Source: Octopus vulgaris (taxonomy: Eukaryota). From it: DNA of 64,000 nt. Positions 13,000-27,350 of the stretch are shown piece after piece. The translations under genes were made by a program, and so were the position numbers. The notes below the pieces were generated by a model. The model did no database searches. It worked only from the letters and a program-made list of their open reading frames with translations, and was not told where the DNA came from. The stretch is from positions 36,146,001 through 36,210,000 of the forward strand of contig OX597839.1 of NCBI GenBank assembly GCA_951406725.2, written 5' to 3'. Each line of letters opens with the position of its first letter. Positions within the stretch are counted from its first letter, which is position 1.

Positions 13000-13375
13000 C
13001 TAGCAGTATCGCCCGGCGTTGCTCAGGTTTGTAAGGGAAATAACTATAAAGCATTTTTTTTCCCAAAATATAGCAAAAAAATGGAAAAAAAATGATGGTA
13101 AATTTTTTTGAGAGTAAAAAAAGGTTGAGTTGCGTCCCCTAGACAGTCTGTGGTTTGTTTTTTTTATTCTCGACCCCATGTCGAATTTATCGATTTTTTT
13201 CAGAACTGGGGGAACTTTTCAAAATTTTCGCTGCGTTAGTTTTGAATTATGACATTGGGCTATGTGTGTGTCAAGTTTCATCAGAATCGGTTGAAAGCCA
13301 TGGTCAGGGTGAGGGTACGAGAAAACAGACACACAGAAACACGCACAGACAAACTGCCGTTTATATAGAGAGAGA
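13000..13375 (-). mobile_element. Non-autonomous Helitron (Lep1-like architecture)
   Basis: On the minus strand it begins A|TC (13375) and ends with a GC-rich imperfect hairpin plus CTAG|T (13000). No TSD. Internal caagtttcatcagaatcggttg and a (gaca/caca) microsatellite near the 5' end. Confidence 0.75.
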
Positions 13376-13762
13376 TAAACTTCAAACGTTTAACTGCAAA
13401 ATCTCCAAATTTAATTTTGGGGCCCCAAACATCAATATGTGACACTGGAAGATATTTTTCTTGCTTTTCCCTTTGAGATAGTTTAAAAAAGTGTTTTGAC
13501 TCCAGAAAGAAAGCCTTTTATTTAATAATAAAATTGATAATTGTTGATCCCCTTCGAGTCAAGGAAACTTAACTATTGATTTCAAATTTTTGGCACAAAG
13601 CTAGGAATTTCAGATAAGACTATTACATCAATCCCCAGTGCTCGACTGGTACTCATTCTTATCAACCCCCGAAAAGATAAAAAGTAAAGTTGACCTCGGT
13701 GGAATTTGAACTCAGAATGTGAGGACAAAGGAAATGCTTACTAAGTATTGTGCCCGTCGTGT

Positions 13763-13901
<139 letters not shown>

Positions 13902-13912
13902 TGTACATGTTT

Positions 13913-14128
13913 GTATATGTTTGTGTGTCCGTTTGTCTCCCCAACATCGCTTGACAACCGATCCTGGTGTGTTTACGTGCCCGTAACTTAGCGGTTCGGC
14001 AAAAGATTCCGATAGAATAAGTACTAGGCTTACAAAGAATACAGTCCTGGGGAGGCGATTTGCTCGATTAAAGGCGGTGCTCCAGCATGGCCACATTCAA
14101 ATGACTGAAACAAGTAAAAGAGTAAGAG
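13913..14128 (+). mobile_element. SINE family A, 3' half
   Basis: catcgcttgacaaccgat...gcggtgctccagcatggcc...gactgaaacaagtaaaagagta. Confidence 0.85.
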
Positions 14129-14395
14129 GAAGAAATGCCGCCGCATCGCATTCTGCTGTAACGACTCTGCCGTCTCAGTGCACAACGAAATATTATCATT
14201 TGATTCTGCAACAATGCTATCATATTAATTAATTCAGCAATTTGCAGTTCTTCTTTTATCGATAGAATCACAGTTGGCGCCGATTCGATAAAATATCAAA
14301 GCATAAAAGTGCAGGCATGGCTGTGTGGTGCTTAAGAAGTACTTTTCGAAACCTCGTGGTTTGCGGTTTAGTCTCACTTCGCAAGTGTCTTGTAA

Positions 14396-14817
14396 TACCT
14401 ATTTCTTTATTACCCACAAGGAGCTAAACACAGAGGGGACAAACAAGGACAGACAAAGGGATTAAGTCGATCACATCGACCCCAGTGCGTAAGTGGTACT
14501 TATTCAATCGACCCCGAAAGGATGAAAGGTAAAGTCGACCTCGGCGGTATTTGAACTCAGAACATAACGACAGACGAAATACCTATTTCTTTACTACCCA
14601 CAAGGGGCTAAACACAGAGGGGACAAACAAGGACAGACATAGGTATTAAGTCGATTACATCGACCCCAGTGCGTAACTGGTACTTATTTAATCGACCCCG
14701 AAAAGACGAAAGGTAAAGTCGACCTCGGCGGAATTTGAACTCAGAACGTAACGGCAGATGAAATACGGTTACGCATTTCGCCCGGTGTGCTAACGTTTCT
14801 ACCAGCTCGCCGCCTTT
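14396..14817 (-). mobile_element. SINE family B (tRNA-derived, Meta-domain-like) as a head-to-tail ~1.8-mer, nested in an older family A SINE
   Basis: Minus strand: ggcggcgagctggtagaaacg (A box), gagttcaaattcc (B box), gaggtcgactttacctttcgtcttttcggggtcgattaaataagtacc. Duplicated unit 14396-14580. Flanked by the direct repeat tgtaatacc (14391-14399, 14821-14829). The host SINE continues on both sides (14311-14390, 14830-15035). Confidence 0.85.
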
Positions 14818-15106
14818 ATGTGTAATACCACTCCGAGACCGACCAATGCATTGTGAGTGAATTCGGTATATGGAAACTGTATGAAAGCCCGTCGTATATA
14901 CATGCACATGCATGTGTGTGTGTATGTGCCTTTGTGTTTGCGGCCACACCACTTGATAATTGGTGTCGGTTTGTTTGCGTGCCTGTAAGACAGTGGTTCG
15001 GCACAAGCGGCCGACTTAACATGAATAAGTACTGAGTCGATTTCTCCAATTGCAGCCTTTAAGAGAGAGCCTTTCACCAAGGCTAACCTCTATACTACCA
15101 GTCACA

Positions 15107-15293
15107 GTGGAGGCGCAATGGCCCAGTGGTTAGGGCAGCGAACTCGCGGTCGTAGGAGCGCGGTTTCGATTCCCAGACCGAGCATTGTGAGTGTTTATTG
15201 AGCAAAAACAGCTAAGCTCCATGAGGCTCCAGCAGGTAGGGGGTGAACTCCGCTGTTCTCTTTCACCACAGCTTTCTCTCACTCTTTCTTCCT
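15107..15293 (+). mobile_element. SINE family C 5' portion (tRNA-like head)
   Basis: A box tggcccagtgg (15119-15129) and B box ggtttcgattccc (15161-15173), followed by a non-tRNA body. Confidence 0.7.
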
Positions 15294-15946
15294 ACTTCTG
15301 CCACAAAGCAGAGGAACCATGGTGTAACTCCCTATGGTGTGGTAAACTTTCAGACCCTAGTCTAGATTGCGAATCCTCTGTACCCCCAGGATGGTTCAGC
15401 TCTCCACCCGTTAAAAGCCACCATTTACGGAATGAGGGTAACAACGTAGCTTTCGCGCCCGTGCAACCGCCAGCCAGTCTATCGCGTGTGGTAGGTGGAT
15501 CTTCAAGTTTCCACACGCATTCTTAGTAGCTTAGAGTAGGCTCGAATTAGAGGTTATTCTTTGTGGCTAATGGCGTGAGTCCTGACTGGAATAAGGAGAA
15601 GAAAACCACAGCAGCAACAACAATAATATAATCAAACTTCTCTACTCCGAACCAGATACGTACGTGCTTCCATACATCGAAAATAGCCGCGAATGAGTAA
15701 TTCGCTGATTTAGTTAAATTCGATCGTATCAAAACACAAACATTATATCCTAACTTCACACGAACACAGTTAAAATCACTCACTCCATTATCTAACGATC
15801 GCTTAAATCTTGTGATTCCTCATGCCATTTCGTAGTAGTTAATTATATTCTTTACATAACCAAGACTAAAACCACAGACATCAAGTTTCCTCTTCGCAAC
15901 TAAAAGATATCCCAGTGTTTTATAGACACCAACTATGTATAAAGCT

Positions 15947-15984
<38 letters not shown>

Positions 15985-16424
15985 TACACCAGCACAGACA
16001 CAGACAGCTAAGGAAACAGACTTACAAATATATCATCCTATTTGACTGGCAAACCTCCAGTCACGAACACTCTTTAATCATTAACTATTTAGCACAGAAC
16101 ATACACATCTCTCAAAGTTACCCCCCTCCTTCTCTGTTTACATCTCTGTCGATGTGTATGAGTAAGAATGTGTGCGTGTGTGTATGTGTATGTATGTATG
16201 CATACGTATGTATATTTGTATAAATGTGTGTTTGTACACACGCACTATAAATGTATGTACACACACACATACGAGTACGAGTGGATAAACGATAGATAGG
16301 GGCGCCTAAATATTTTCACCTAGAAGGCATTTTAAAATTTCTTTTAAATTCCTTCAACTCTGACTCCGAAAATTTAATGATGTGGGTATATAAATATATA
16401 AATAAAGATACATATATATATATA

Positions 16425-17240
16425 CTAGCAGGTGTACCCGGTGGTAAAGATGTTCTATTGAAACGCCTTATTACTCTAATATAAGAAAGCAATTTCGTTA
16501 CAACTGTCACAAAAGGTTTATTTTCCGTCACGAAAAAGTACAAAACACTGTCAGCTGGAGGAGGGACAGCTTATTGGTGGTTGGCGAGAGGTAAAGACAT
16601 TGTTCTGCTTAGCGAAGGCACCTGGGAAATGTATAACTGCTGTCATTCACAGAAAAACTATTGCTTTACCGTGAGAAAAGCGCTGTTGATGTGTTAAGCG
16701 AAATTTGGCAATCGAGGATCGAATCCACGCTATGCCTGCATGAAGCCACGTTGTGGGTTAAAAAAATTTATCTACTGTCATGGAAAAAGTATAAATGTAA
16801 AAATGCAGAATTATCGGAGTAATGGGCATTAAAAAATGTATGTATGTATAGAAATGTATGAATGAAGTCTTTAATGTTTAAAATTCAAACTAAGTAAGTT
16901 TAATAATGATGTTTAGCAGTTCAAAACTGTGAGTAGTGAAAAGCAGAATTAGGTCAGCTGATCGTGAGAATCAAATATTGATCACTTCGCTAAAATCTGC
17001 AGGTGGTATGGGTTATCTCCCTTGGGTTGTTTAAAAAAATTATTTATATGAGGTAGATATAAAGGTTCCTTCCAGGAGCCGTGTTATCGATTTTTTCAAC
17101 AATCTAAGTATGTTACGAGGTTTCCAGATATGAGTCCTACTCACGTGTAACGTTTCATCAAAACCAATAAAACGATGTAGGAGGAGTTGGCTAACAACGC
17201 CACAAACAAACACACACCGATTTTCCACATACGTAGTAGA
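16425..17240 (-). mobile_element. Second non-autonomous Helitron-like element
   Basis: a|ctagcagg..cccgg at the left end and ...cgtagtaga|t at the right; same internal gtttcatcaaaacc motif and (aaac/acac) tract as 13000-13375. Confidence 0.6.
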
Positions 17241-17807
17241 TATTTTGTGTTACGTAGCTATAGGTATGTGACAATTTATGTTTAAGATTTATGTTTTTAT
17301 TTATATTTTGTAACAATAAGCAGGTGTGTAGATGATAATGGACATACTGCGCTAATATTTGGCCTCTGCTTCTTCTCTATAATTTCTCTAGTAGCGTTTA
17401 TGGTTTTAACACTGTTGGCACCGTGAGATTGGATGATACTGCCAATGTGTCGAAACTATAATGATATCTGTTAGGTTGCTGACGATGGAATGTGTATGTT
17501 TGATGTGTTTATTGTTTTGTGTGTCTATGTGAGTTGTTGATCTGGGCGGAATTTGAACTCAGAACGTAAAAAGCCGGAAGGAAATAGATGAATAATCAAA
17601 GAAAATCCATTGAACTAGAAACCCAGCCCCAAAAATGCTGAAATTCCTGCCGTCTCATCTGGCATTTCCCCTCCTCACACACAAAGAAAACCGAAAATAT
17701 TTTACTTGGCTATTGGCATGGCGCTGCTGAAGCTAGTCACGTGGTAATGATGTCGTTTAGCTGATGTTTCATGTTTTTTTCTTTCAGTTACCATTATAAT
17801 TTGGACG

Positions 17808-18112
17808 TGAGTTAGTTAGTGGCTGGTGTATTCAGCTCACGATCGTAGTAACATCGCAAAGTCAATTCCTGGCGACGGGTTCTGTCCTTGTGCGAGACAC
17901 TATTTCACTTTGCTCCAGTCCACTCAGCTGGCACAAATGTATTGTACCTGTATTTCCAAGGGGCAGCCTTATCACATTTTGTGTCTCTCTGAGAACTATG
18001 TCAAGTGTACCCGTATCTATGGAGTGCTGAGCCTTTTGCATGTTAATTTCACGAGCAGACTGTTCCATCGATCACATCAGCTCTTATACTGCCGCAACCG
18101 ACGGAGTACCAG
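17808..18112 (+). mobile_element. Old CORE-type SINE
   Basis: Decayed tRNA-like head followed by CORE-like tgtccttgtgcgagacactatttcactttgctccagtccactcagctgg. Confidence 0.55.
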
Positions 18113-18169
18113 TCACCATTTAACTTGGACATTTGTACTCTGCTTTTGCCGTTGAAGTTTTTATTCAAA

Positions 18170-18637
18170 AATGATGGATCAGGTATTCTTGTCGCACTAT
18201 TTGAGCTGAGAACATCTTTCTTTCAGCGTTGTCTACCACCAACGGCTCAAAAGAAAAAAAAATTGCATGGTTTACGTTCATTTTCTCCATAGCTATATAT
18301 TTTTACGCCAGATTGTGAGAGAGTTTGTTTCTGATTTGAAATAAAATGCTGCGAAAAAACAGCTTTTTAAAAGAATTCCTTAAGCTAGTAAAACAACAAA
18401 AGAATGATGGATCAGGTATTTTTGTCGCACTATCTGAGCTGAGAACATCTTCCTTTCAGCGTTGTCTACCACCAACGGCTCAAAAGAAAAAAAAATTGCA
18501 TGGTTTACGTTCATTTTCTCCATAGCTATATATTTTTACGTCAGATTGCGAGAGAGTTTGTTTCTGATTTGAAATAAAATGCTGCGAAAAAAACAGCTTT
18601 TTAAAAAAAAATTCCTTAAGCTAGTAAAACAACAAAA
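18170..18637. repeat. Tandem duplication, 2 x ~233 bp
   Basis: Units begin atgatggatcaggtatt at 18171 and 18404, with only a handful of differences. Confidence 0.93.
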
Positions 18638-19765
18638 ACAAAACGAACTCTGAGAGCTGAGCCTCCCGCCAACTCTTCCGGCATTTCCCCTTCTCAGACA
18701 CCGAAAGAAAGCTGTCATTTATTCAGTGAATATACTAAATATTTGAACTGAGAGCTTGTCTGTCTTTCCCACTTCTTCCTCTACCGCTACCACCACTACG
18801 ACCACCAGTAGCAGCATGTAAAAAGTTGGCGGTTTCAAATTAGTGTGTCCTTGGATTGTGCTCCTTATAAAGAAACAGAACAAGAGAGAGAGACAGAGGG
18901 AGAGTGAGCGAGAGAAGAAAGGAAACCAGTGAGTGAATGGATAATTTAAATATAGATATTGTGAAGATATATAGTGAAGTAAATATGTTACTTAAGATAA
19001 TTTACTTTGCTGTTTGTGTTGGTGTCAGAGACAAGGGTGTGGGAAAGAGACGGTACATTTACATCGCATTCTCTCTTATTTCTCCTTCCACCGAACGACG
19101 AAAGAAATATATAAACGGAAAGAGGTGTGGGTGGGTGAACCTACCACGCTCGTTAACACATCACCAAACACACGCACACATATATATATTTATAAACATA
19201 TACACATAAATATGTGACAGAGAAATTCATATGGTTATTTTTAAACATTTTCACAAGGATAATAATATATGCTGTCAAACAGCCTACCTCTCTACACCTT
19301 ATCTGTATAGTTCTATCTATCAGTATCTCTCTACCTGGATGCCTATTGCAAAAATAGAAGTGATATTCCTCTGTGATTATATGCACATGAGCGCGCGCAC
19401 ACATGTAAATGCACACACACGCACAGATACACACACACACACATATATATATATATATTTATACATGTGTACAGCAATATATATATTCTTTATTATGCTT
19501 ATAAAAGTGATAAGGTCGCAGCAGTTGATCCGAGCTTTATGTAAATCTCGGATCACTGTGCCTTCCACTCTTGACGGTTCTTCTCATCCTGTGAAAGCCA
19601 AAGATCAAAGCAGGTTCAATTCATTTGAATTGTAACACCAAGAAAGCAAAGGAGTGGTTGGTTAAAAACAGTGGATCAAGGGACGGCTCAAAGGTAATGA
19701 TACCATAAAACGGGGGTTGGTTTCCATGTTTTTTTTTTGTTTTTAAATTCGAAAATCCTCCTCAC

Positions 19766-20351
19766 CTGCGCTTCCTGCATCTACAGCGGTTGTTACCCCT
19801 CTTCTGAGACAAAATTCATCCACATCTATTCCCAGCGGTGTGGCATACTGATAAGCATGGACATGACAGTCTATCAAACCAGGAACGACATAGCATCCTG
19901 ACGCATCGAAAACCTTTCCGTTAAAAGATGATGGAGAGCTGAATGCATGGGGATAACTGTTAGGACCGTGAGCTGAAAGATGTATATGTGTCTGGGGAGG
20001 ATTACTAACCAGTCCATCGCCGCTACCTGGAACGATATTCCCGCCTTCTGAAAACTTTGCAGGCTCAGACGAGAGATAATCTTGTTGGTGGTGTGGAGAT
20101 TCACCACCACCATCACCCACTGTGGGATCTTTGACCACGATGGCTGCTATTTTTGCGCCTGCGAGCACCACATCGGCGCTAACAGCACCATCGCACCTCT
20201 CCGTGTCCATTGTTCCTGCTACTTCAGAACTGGTGACATAGCTACCTTGTCTGAAACCCAGTGAGTCTTGGCGACAACTTGTGTCGTCGAAGCCCAAAAC
20301 ATGCCCCCCACTAATATTATAACAATCACTATTCTTGTTCTCGTCGCTCAT
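19766..20351 (-). CDS. First coding exon of a metal-dependent amidohydrolase (dihydroorotase-like, COG3964 / Atu3266-EF_0837-like deacetylase family)
   Basis: ORF 19743..20351 contains amidohydrolase N-terminal hallmarks: ISGGHV, ADVVLAGAKIAAI, VFDASGCYVVPGLIDCHVH (HxH metal ligands) and GVTTAVDAGSAG. Similarity stops at a consensus donor GCAG|GTGAG (intron starts at 19765, phase 1). Downstream exons were not recognised. Confidence 0.88.
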
Positions 20352-21413
20352 TGTTAATGGGAAACGGAGAGAAAATAGAAACTAAATTTAAAAAATAAAC
20401 AATTTGAAACACAAACTTCTTAACTTTATACACGTATACACCACTTTTTCCCCTTACGATATATAATCTACTGTATATATATATGTACTTGTCTACGAAA
20501 TATATAACACTTATCAGCGTTACTAATATACCTTTGTGTTCTGTGAGTTTTACGTTGCTAAGTAACTGATTAGATGATCGACAACCCCTCCCTTAGTTTA
20601 ATTAATACATTCTAATAGTTGTAAGTGTTAACTTATATAATTAATTATATAGCTTGAAGCTTGCTTTAAGTAAGAAGTGTTTGTTTTTTTAGGTGGTGTC
20701 AATCAATGAAATGTAGTCCAGTTTTCTTTCTACTGACGTGACAGCAGAAATATATTATATAGAGCTAAGATGTGTGAATGTATGTGTATGTATATAATAA
20801 ATCCTGGTGTTTAGAGAACACCAGCTAAACACATCCGCAATGGTGAGGTGAATTAAGGTTAAGTAGAGTAAGCAATTTGTGTGAGTTGTTATTCAGTGGG
20901 AGAGAGTGCAGCTGTAAGGACGTTAGTGCTTACTGCGGCAGCAATTATAGTGAGGGAGGGAGGAAGGGGATGGAATGAGTAAAAGAGAGAGAGAGAGAGA
21001 AAGAGAAAAGGGAGGATAAGAAGAAAGAGTGAGAAATGTAGCGAGGAGAAAGTTTTGGGGAGAGAGAAAGAGAGAGAAAAAAAGCATAGACATATAGCTA
21101 GAGTAGGAGGGAGAGGCGAAGAGAATGTAAAAAGCATGGTAGTGGTCGGAGTAGTCGCGATCGCAGTAGTAGTGATGGTAGTTGTGTCTTAGTTATAGTA
21201 GTGGTGGTAGTACTGATAGCTGTAGTAGTAGTAGTCATGGTGGTGGTGGTGCTGATAGCAATAGTAGTCGTAGTAGCAATGGAGGAATTTAGATATTTTA
21301 CTGAAAAATTCCATTTGATTTTAAAAGATATCAAAATAGACATACAAGTATTGGGTGTATATGTCAGTAACAAGTATATATATATATATACACATACATA
21401 CATATATATATAA

Positions 21414-21452
<39 letters not shown>

Positions 21453-21916
21453 TATATAAGTATGTATGTATACATGATGTACATATTTAGTGAAATATAT
21501 ACATTATCAATATACTTACACCACACCAGTCATACATATATATTATATATATATAGATACGTTATGTGTATATAAAAACAAGTATATATGTGCAAATATA
21601 TATGGATATGTACATTCATATATATATATATATATAAATATATACACATATAAAATTTTACTGAACCTTTAGATTTTTATATGCTACACCACTGGTGTGA
21701 AATTGATGTTAATTAAATTAATATCAAATTTCTCACCCTCATTTTAAATTTAATATATATATATAACCTACTACACGTGTACATGTATATTAGTATTTAC
21801 AAATATATGTATATATATATGGTGGGGCAAGAATCATGAACAGGTTCCAATATTTAATATATTGTTTAAAATATACAATACTTGAGCATCATATATAGTA
21901 AACCCCCAACACATAT

Positions 21917-21951
<35 letters not shown>

Positions 21952-22562
21952 AATTTATAAATAAGGATAGTATTATTCAGTAATATTTTTTGCTAGTCTA
22001 TTTTCTCCCTCTGTCTTATCTCATGGTGCGATATGAACATTTAACGTGGTTTTTAGAGTCAGGGATTTGACTGCTATTTCAGCATGGTGGTGTCTCTCAG
22101 ACACCCTTATTTTTAGTTGCATATATATATATATGAATTAAGTAATACTAAGTAATTAAGGGTTTGGCAACGATTTGCCTCACCACACACCGAATTTAGA
22201 AATAGCAGTCAAAAAGTTTTGGCTATTCTTTCTACTTAAAAGGGAGATCCAAGTAAAAAAAATTACATGCTAGATGCTAACAATCACATCTCGTAAATTA
22301 CAAAATCAATTTGATTTTATATCCCTGCATGACATGACCCATAGTATACTTGCACATGTCTATGTATATATATCTATATCTATCTATCTATCTATATATA
22401 TATATATATATGCTTTTGAGACAGATTATAGGTTCGTAATATGATTGTACACCCCTAACTATTTCTCCTTCAAGAACAGTCGACAAAGGTTCCTCAAAAT
22501 CCTCGTGGCACAAAATTTTTTCCGTTTTTTTTTCTTTAATTTGTGTGTGTATATATATATAC

Positions 22563-22617
<55 letters not shown>

Positions 22618-23722
22618 TGTTGTACATGCGTACACGGGGAAACTAAAGAGGCAACAATGATCTCAATACGTTGACTTATTAAAGAGTGTGAATATATACA
22701 CACACATACAATATGTGTGTATATATATGATAGGGATGTACACTCATACACACTAAGTTTGTGTACAATATATATTCACATATGTACAACTCAGAAATAT
22801 GAGTGTATGTATAGTTGTGACCAGAGTAGAAACGTATAAACGAGTATGAATAATATACGTTAGAAGAGAAGAGATAGATAGCTCTAGTGTGTGTATACAG
22901 GCGTATGAGAAAAGCGCAGGAAAGTGATGTGTGTATACACACATGCGTAGTAGTAGAGGTAGAGAAAGTGAGAGAGAGAGAGAGAGAGTGAGAGGGGAGT
23001 AGAGCGCGAAAGAAGGAGGAACGGTGAGAGGAAGGGGAGGAGATAAGAATCGACAAAGGTTTGTTTCGCGGAAGAAAAGAAACAACTCCGACCTAAATAT
23101 AAACAGTGTTTTCATTGAAATACACACACACACACATAGAGAAATACACACACACATACATAGAGAGAAACATATACACACACGCGCGCACGAGGAAAGC
23201 AATACGCACACACACGCACACGTACACATACGTAGATATACACACACACGCGCGCACGAGGAGAGCAATACGCGCACACACACACACACACACATAAGTA
23301 CACACACGCACAGGCATATATAAAGAGAGCGCACGCGCGATTTGCGGCCATGCTGGTGCAAGCGAGTGAGATTAGACACAAATACACACTTTGTGATATC
23401 TCTATCCACTCGAATATGGCCAGTCACACTCTTTTCTATGATTGATGGCCTCCGCCAAGGCTTTTTTAAACTTGAATTTCTTATTTTCATCCTTTATGTT
23501 TAGAGCTCATTATGCTTATTATATGACGCGCCTATCTTTCATAACCAACGCTATATATATATATATATATACATATATATATGTGTGTATATATATACAC
23601 ACATATATACATACATGTATATATATGTGTGTGTGTATATATATATATATTTTCTTTCAGCTCAGAGCTGCGGCCATGCTAATGCACCGCCGTTTTTTTT
23701 TTCTTATATATAATATATATAT

Positions 23723-23832
<110 letters not shown>

Positions 23833-23922
23833 CACAAAGGCGCTCAGAATGCTGGATGGTTGTATATAAAAAAAATATATATTTATTTACATATCACATA
23901 TTCAACCACTACTTTAATCAGA

Positions 23923-23957
<35 letters not shown>

Positions 23958-23972
23958 GTGTATATATATATG

Positions 23973-24012
<40 letters not shown>

Positions 24013-24050
24013 AAATATATATATATATAAAATATATATATCTATATATG

Positions 24051-24173
<123 letters not shown>

Positions 24174-24411
24174 TATATATATAATGCGCGCGGATATGTG
24201 TGAATAATCTTTTACGTGAGAAAATCACGAGTGACTCAAGGCGTCCGGAGTTTCGTACTAATGTACTTAGTATTTGGTACATTTGTAAGAAATGCTTGAT
24301 CTCAAGTCATTCCTGTTTATGTCAGGTAATTTGAGTTACATCTTCGGTGCCCCAGCATGGGCTGAAACGAAAAAACACGTATTATGCGTAAATTAAACGG
24401 TAACGAATGGC

Positions 24412-24517
24412 AATTATTAGTTTTCACCATACATATTGACTATAGAAAATAGTCTAATACTGGGGCAATATAGAGAATATTGCCCCTCCCCTCAATTATT
24501 AGACTGTTTGCTATTAT

Positions 24518-24561
<44 letters not shown>

Positions 24562-24576
24562 TGAAAGCTTATAATT
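24412..24576. repeat. Degenerate palindromic fold-back element with a (TA)n expansion in one arm
   Basis: aattattagttttcaccatacatattga...tagtctaatactggggcaatat | agaga | atattgcccc...tattagactg...tcaatat(TA)n atggtgaaagcttataatt. Confidence 0.7.
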
Positions 24577-24907
24577 ATATTTACAAAATATGTATATCTA
24601 AACAGGAGATTGGAAAATTTTTTTGAATTATTAAAATTTTTCAATTTCCTGTTTTGATATTACACCGGAGAAGATATTTTCCAGTATTTTCAACTCTTAG
24701 GCATCATACCTCGCACAAATATGAAAATCTACATAACAGATTTGGAATACTGGAATTAGGAGATGCGTTTCGAAGAGGACAACAGCTTGGATTTTTAACC
24801 TTATCTACATATATATGTACATACATATATGTAAGCACATGAACATGTATATATGATGACTACACGATTATGTATATGAATATACGTGGAAATATATAGT
24901 TACACAT

Positions 24908-24938
<31 letters not shown>

Positions 24939-26024
24939 ACTATATGTATAACTATATGCTACATGACATATACACATATTATATATATATATATATACAA
25001 TATGTGGTTATATAACTACACGTATATTCATATACATAATCGTGTAGTCATCATATACATGTACTTATATATGTACATTTCGATATCTTATATATATATA
25101 TAAAATACAGAAATGTACATACATAAGTATATATATATATATACTTATATATATAAGTGTATATATATATATATATACATAGATATATATACCTAAGTAT
25201 ATATATATATATATATATATATATAAGTATATATATATATATATACACATAGATATATATACCTAAGTATATATATATATATATATACACATAGATATAT
25301 ATACCTAAGTATATATATATATATATATATATAATATAAGTATATATATATATATATATATATATAAGTATATATATACATACATATAATCTCACACACA
25401 CACATGGAGGAAATGATGTTTCAGTGAAATATGTTAGCAATAACCATACTTTAGTAGTCTCAGCTAAATGTATTGCTGAACCCTAGGTCAGGCCTGATCA
25501 AAGAAACGTTCTTCCTGTGATAAATCATTTTTATAACAGAAACCTAAGTGTATCTGGGACTACAATCATCCAGTGTGTGTGTGAAATGACGGTTATCTTA
25601 GTTGCTATTTCTAGCACACCAAGCGAGTCCACATAACGCAGAGAGAGAGGCTCCCCCCGTTTGGCATTAGTTAAATTGTGTTATTGTGTTTGTTCTGCTG
25701 GCTTTGCTACCGTATGTATGTATGTATGTTGTGTGGTTGGTTTTGGTTCGGTTGATGACGGTTTCAAGCCTCCTGCTTTGAACCTTTCCTTCCTTTCTTA
25801 CAAACACACAGACACACACACACACACACACAGACAGAAGTAGGTCAATGGCGGGAGAAGAGCGATGTGCATTGAAATGAGATGCACACCACCACCACCA
25901 CCACCACCACCACCACCACCACCATCGCCGCCACCGTCACCTTTATTTCACTCTTTCATCTTCGCCCCCTCCCCCCCTCTTTCTCTTCTCTCTCCTCCTC
26001 CTCCTGCTTGCCTGCCGTAGCCTA

Positions 26025-26032
26025 TGACGTCA
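26025..26032. promoter_or_regulatory. Full palindromic CRE (TGACGTCA) in a CpG-retaining block between the two divergent genes
   Basis: Exact motif. Nearby caatggcgg (YY1-like, ~25846) and CpG-containing sequence 25840-26175. Function unproven. Confidence 0.35.
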
Positions 26033-26984
26033 CGACACTCGGGCCAAGCAGAGGAGACGGAGGGGGAGGAGAAAAGAGAATGGAGAGAAGGAGGGAGGGG
26101 GGTGAGGCAAAGTGTAAAGAGTAAAGAAAAAAATAAAAGAAAGAAGCGGTGGTGGTGGTGGCGCGGTCGAGTGGGTGATGGTGGTGTGAGTGTGTTTGTG
26201 TGTTTACCGAAGAATGACGAAGAGAAGGTTGTGCTTCTGTGTGTGTGTGCGTGCGTATATGTGCGTGTGTGTGTGCGTGTATGTGTGTGCGTGTATGTGT
26301 GTGAAAGGGGAGAAAGAAAAGGAAACGTGGCTATTTATATAGAGAAGGTGATGTAGAGAGAGACAGAGACAGACAGAAAGAGGGTGAAGTAGAGAGTAAA
26401 AAAGAAAGCAAGTAAAAGACATATATATATAGAGAGAGAAATAAATATAAAAGGAAAGAGGAGAAAGAGAAAGAACGCTATAATAGAAAGAGAAAGAGTA
26501 AAAGAGTAATAAGAGAGAGAGAGAGAGAGATAGAGATAGGCACACTCACACACATGCAGCTATCATGGTATTTAGCCCTGAGTCAGTCCTGACCTGCCAT
26601 TTTTAATTTCTGATGTTGTGTATCTAGGACTACATTATTAAAATGTAATCATAGCCTTTTTTCTTCCAGATAGTAAGGCTGTGTGATTTGAGGGGAAATT
26701 GGCAGTGTTGTATAGCAGGTCAGGCGAACGTAACAGTGGCTCGCTTCGCAAGCAGTGTCCTCTCTCTCTCTCTCTTATGACTTTATGTAGAAGAAAAGGC
26801 GCGGACTTGGCTTGGCGGCTCTGTGTGTGTGTGTGGTTTGCTCAAAGTTTTAACTTTTGCGACCATGTGGTTTCGTCGTTCGATCCCACCCTGCGCGTTT
26901 GTGTGTGTGTATGAGTGCTTGATAGTATGTAGGATCAGGACCAGACGGGAAATGTGAAGACCCCCACATACTATATATGTATTT

Positions 26985-27025
<41 letters not shown>

Positions 27026-27026
27026 C

Positions 27027-27107
<81 letters not shown>

Positions 27108-27315
27108 CATATACATATATATATATATACATATATATATATGTATATATATACATATATATATATACACACACATATACATATGAACATACCTATATAT
27201 ACATACACATGTATATACATATATATATATATATACACATATGTATATACATTATATATACATATAGGTTTAAGGATCCTTGGATCTTATATATTAACCC
27301 TTTGATGTATGTATG

Positions 27316-27350
<35 letters not shown>

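Noticed and set aside
15107-15180. Possible tRNA gene (A and B boxes)
   Set aside because: No proper acceptor stem or poly-T terminator, and it continues into a SINE-like body.
15295-15530. GC-balanced stretch with 74-111 aa ORFs as a possible exon
   Set aside because: No recognisable protein similarity in the frames I translated and no clear splice-site pair.
19743-19765. C-terminal EEDFRI tail of the 202-aa ORF
   Set aside because: Lies beyond the GCAG|GTGAG donor; intronic read-through, not protein.
23340-23360. gcggccatgctgg as a YY1-like promoter motif
   Set aside because: Identical to a segment of the abundant family A SINE tail, so it is not diagnostic on its own.
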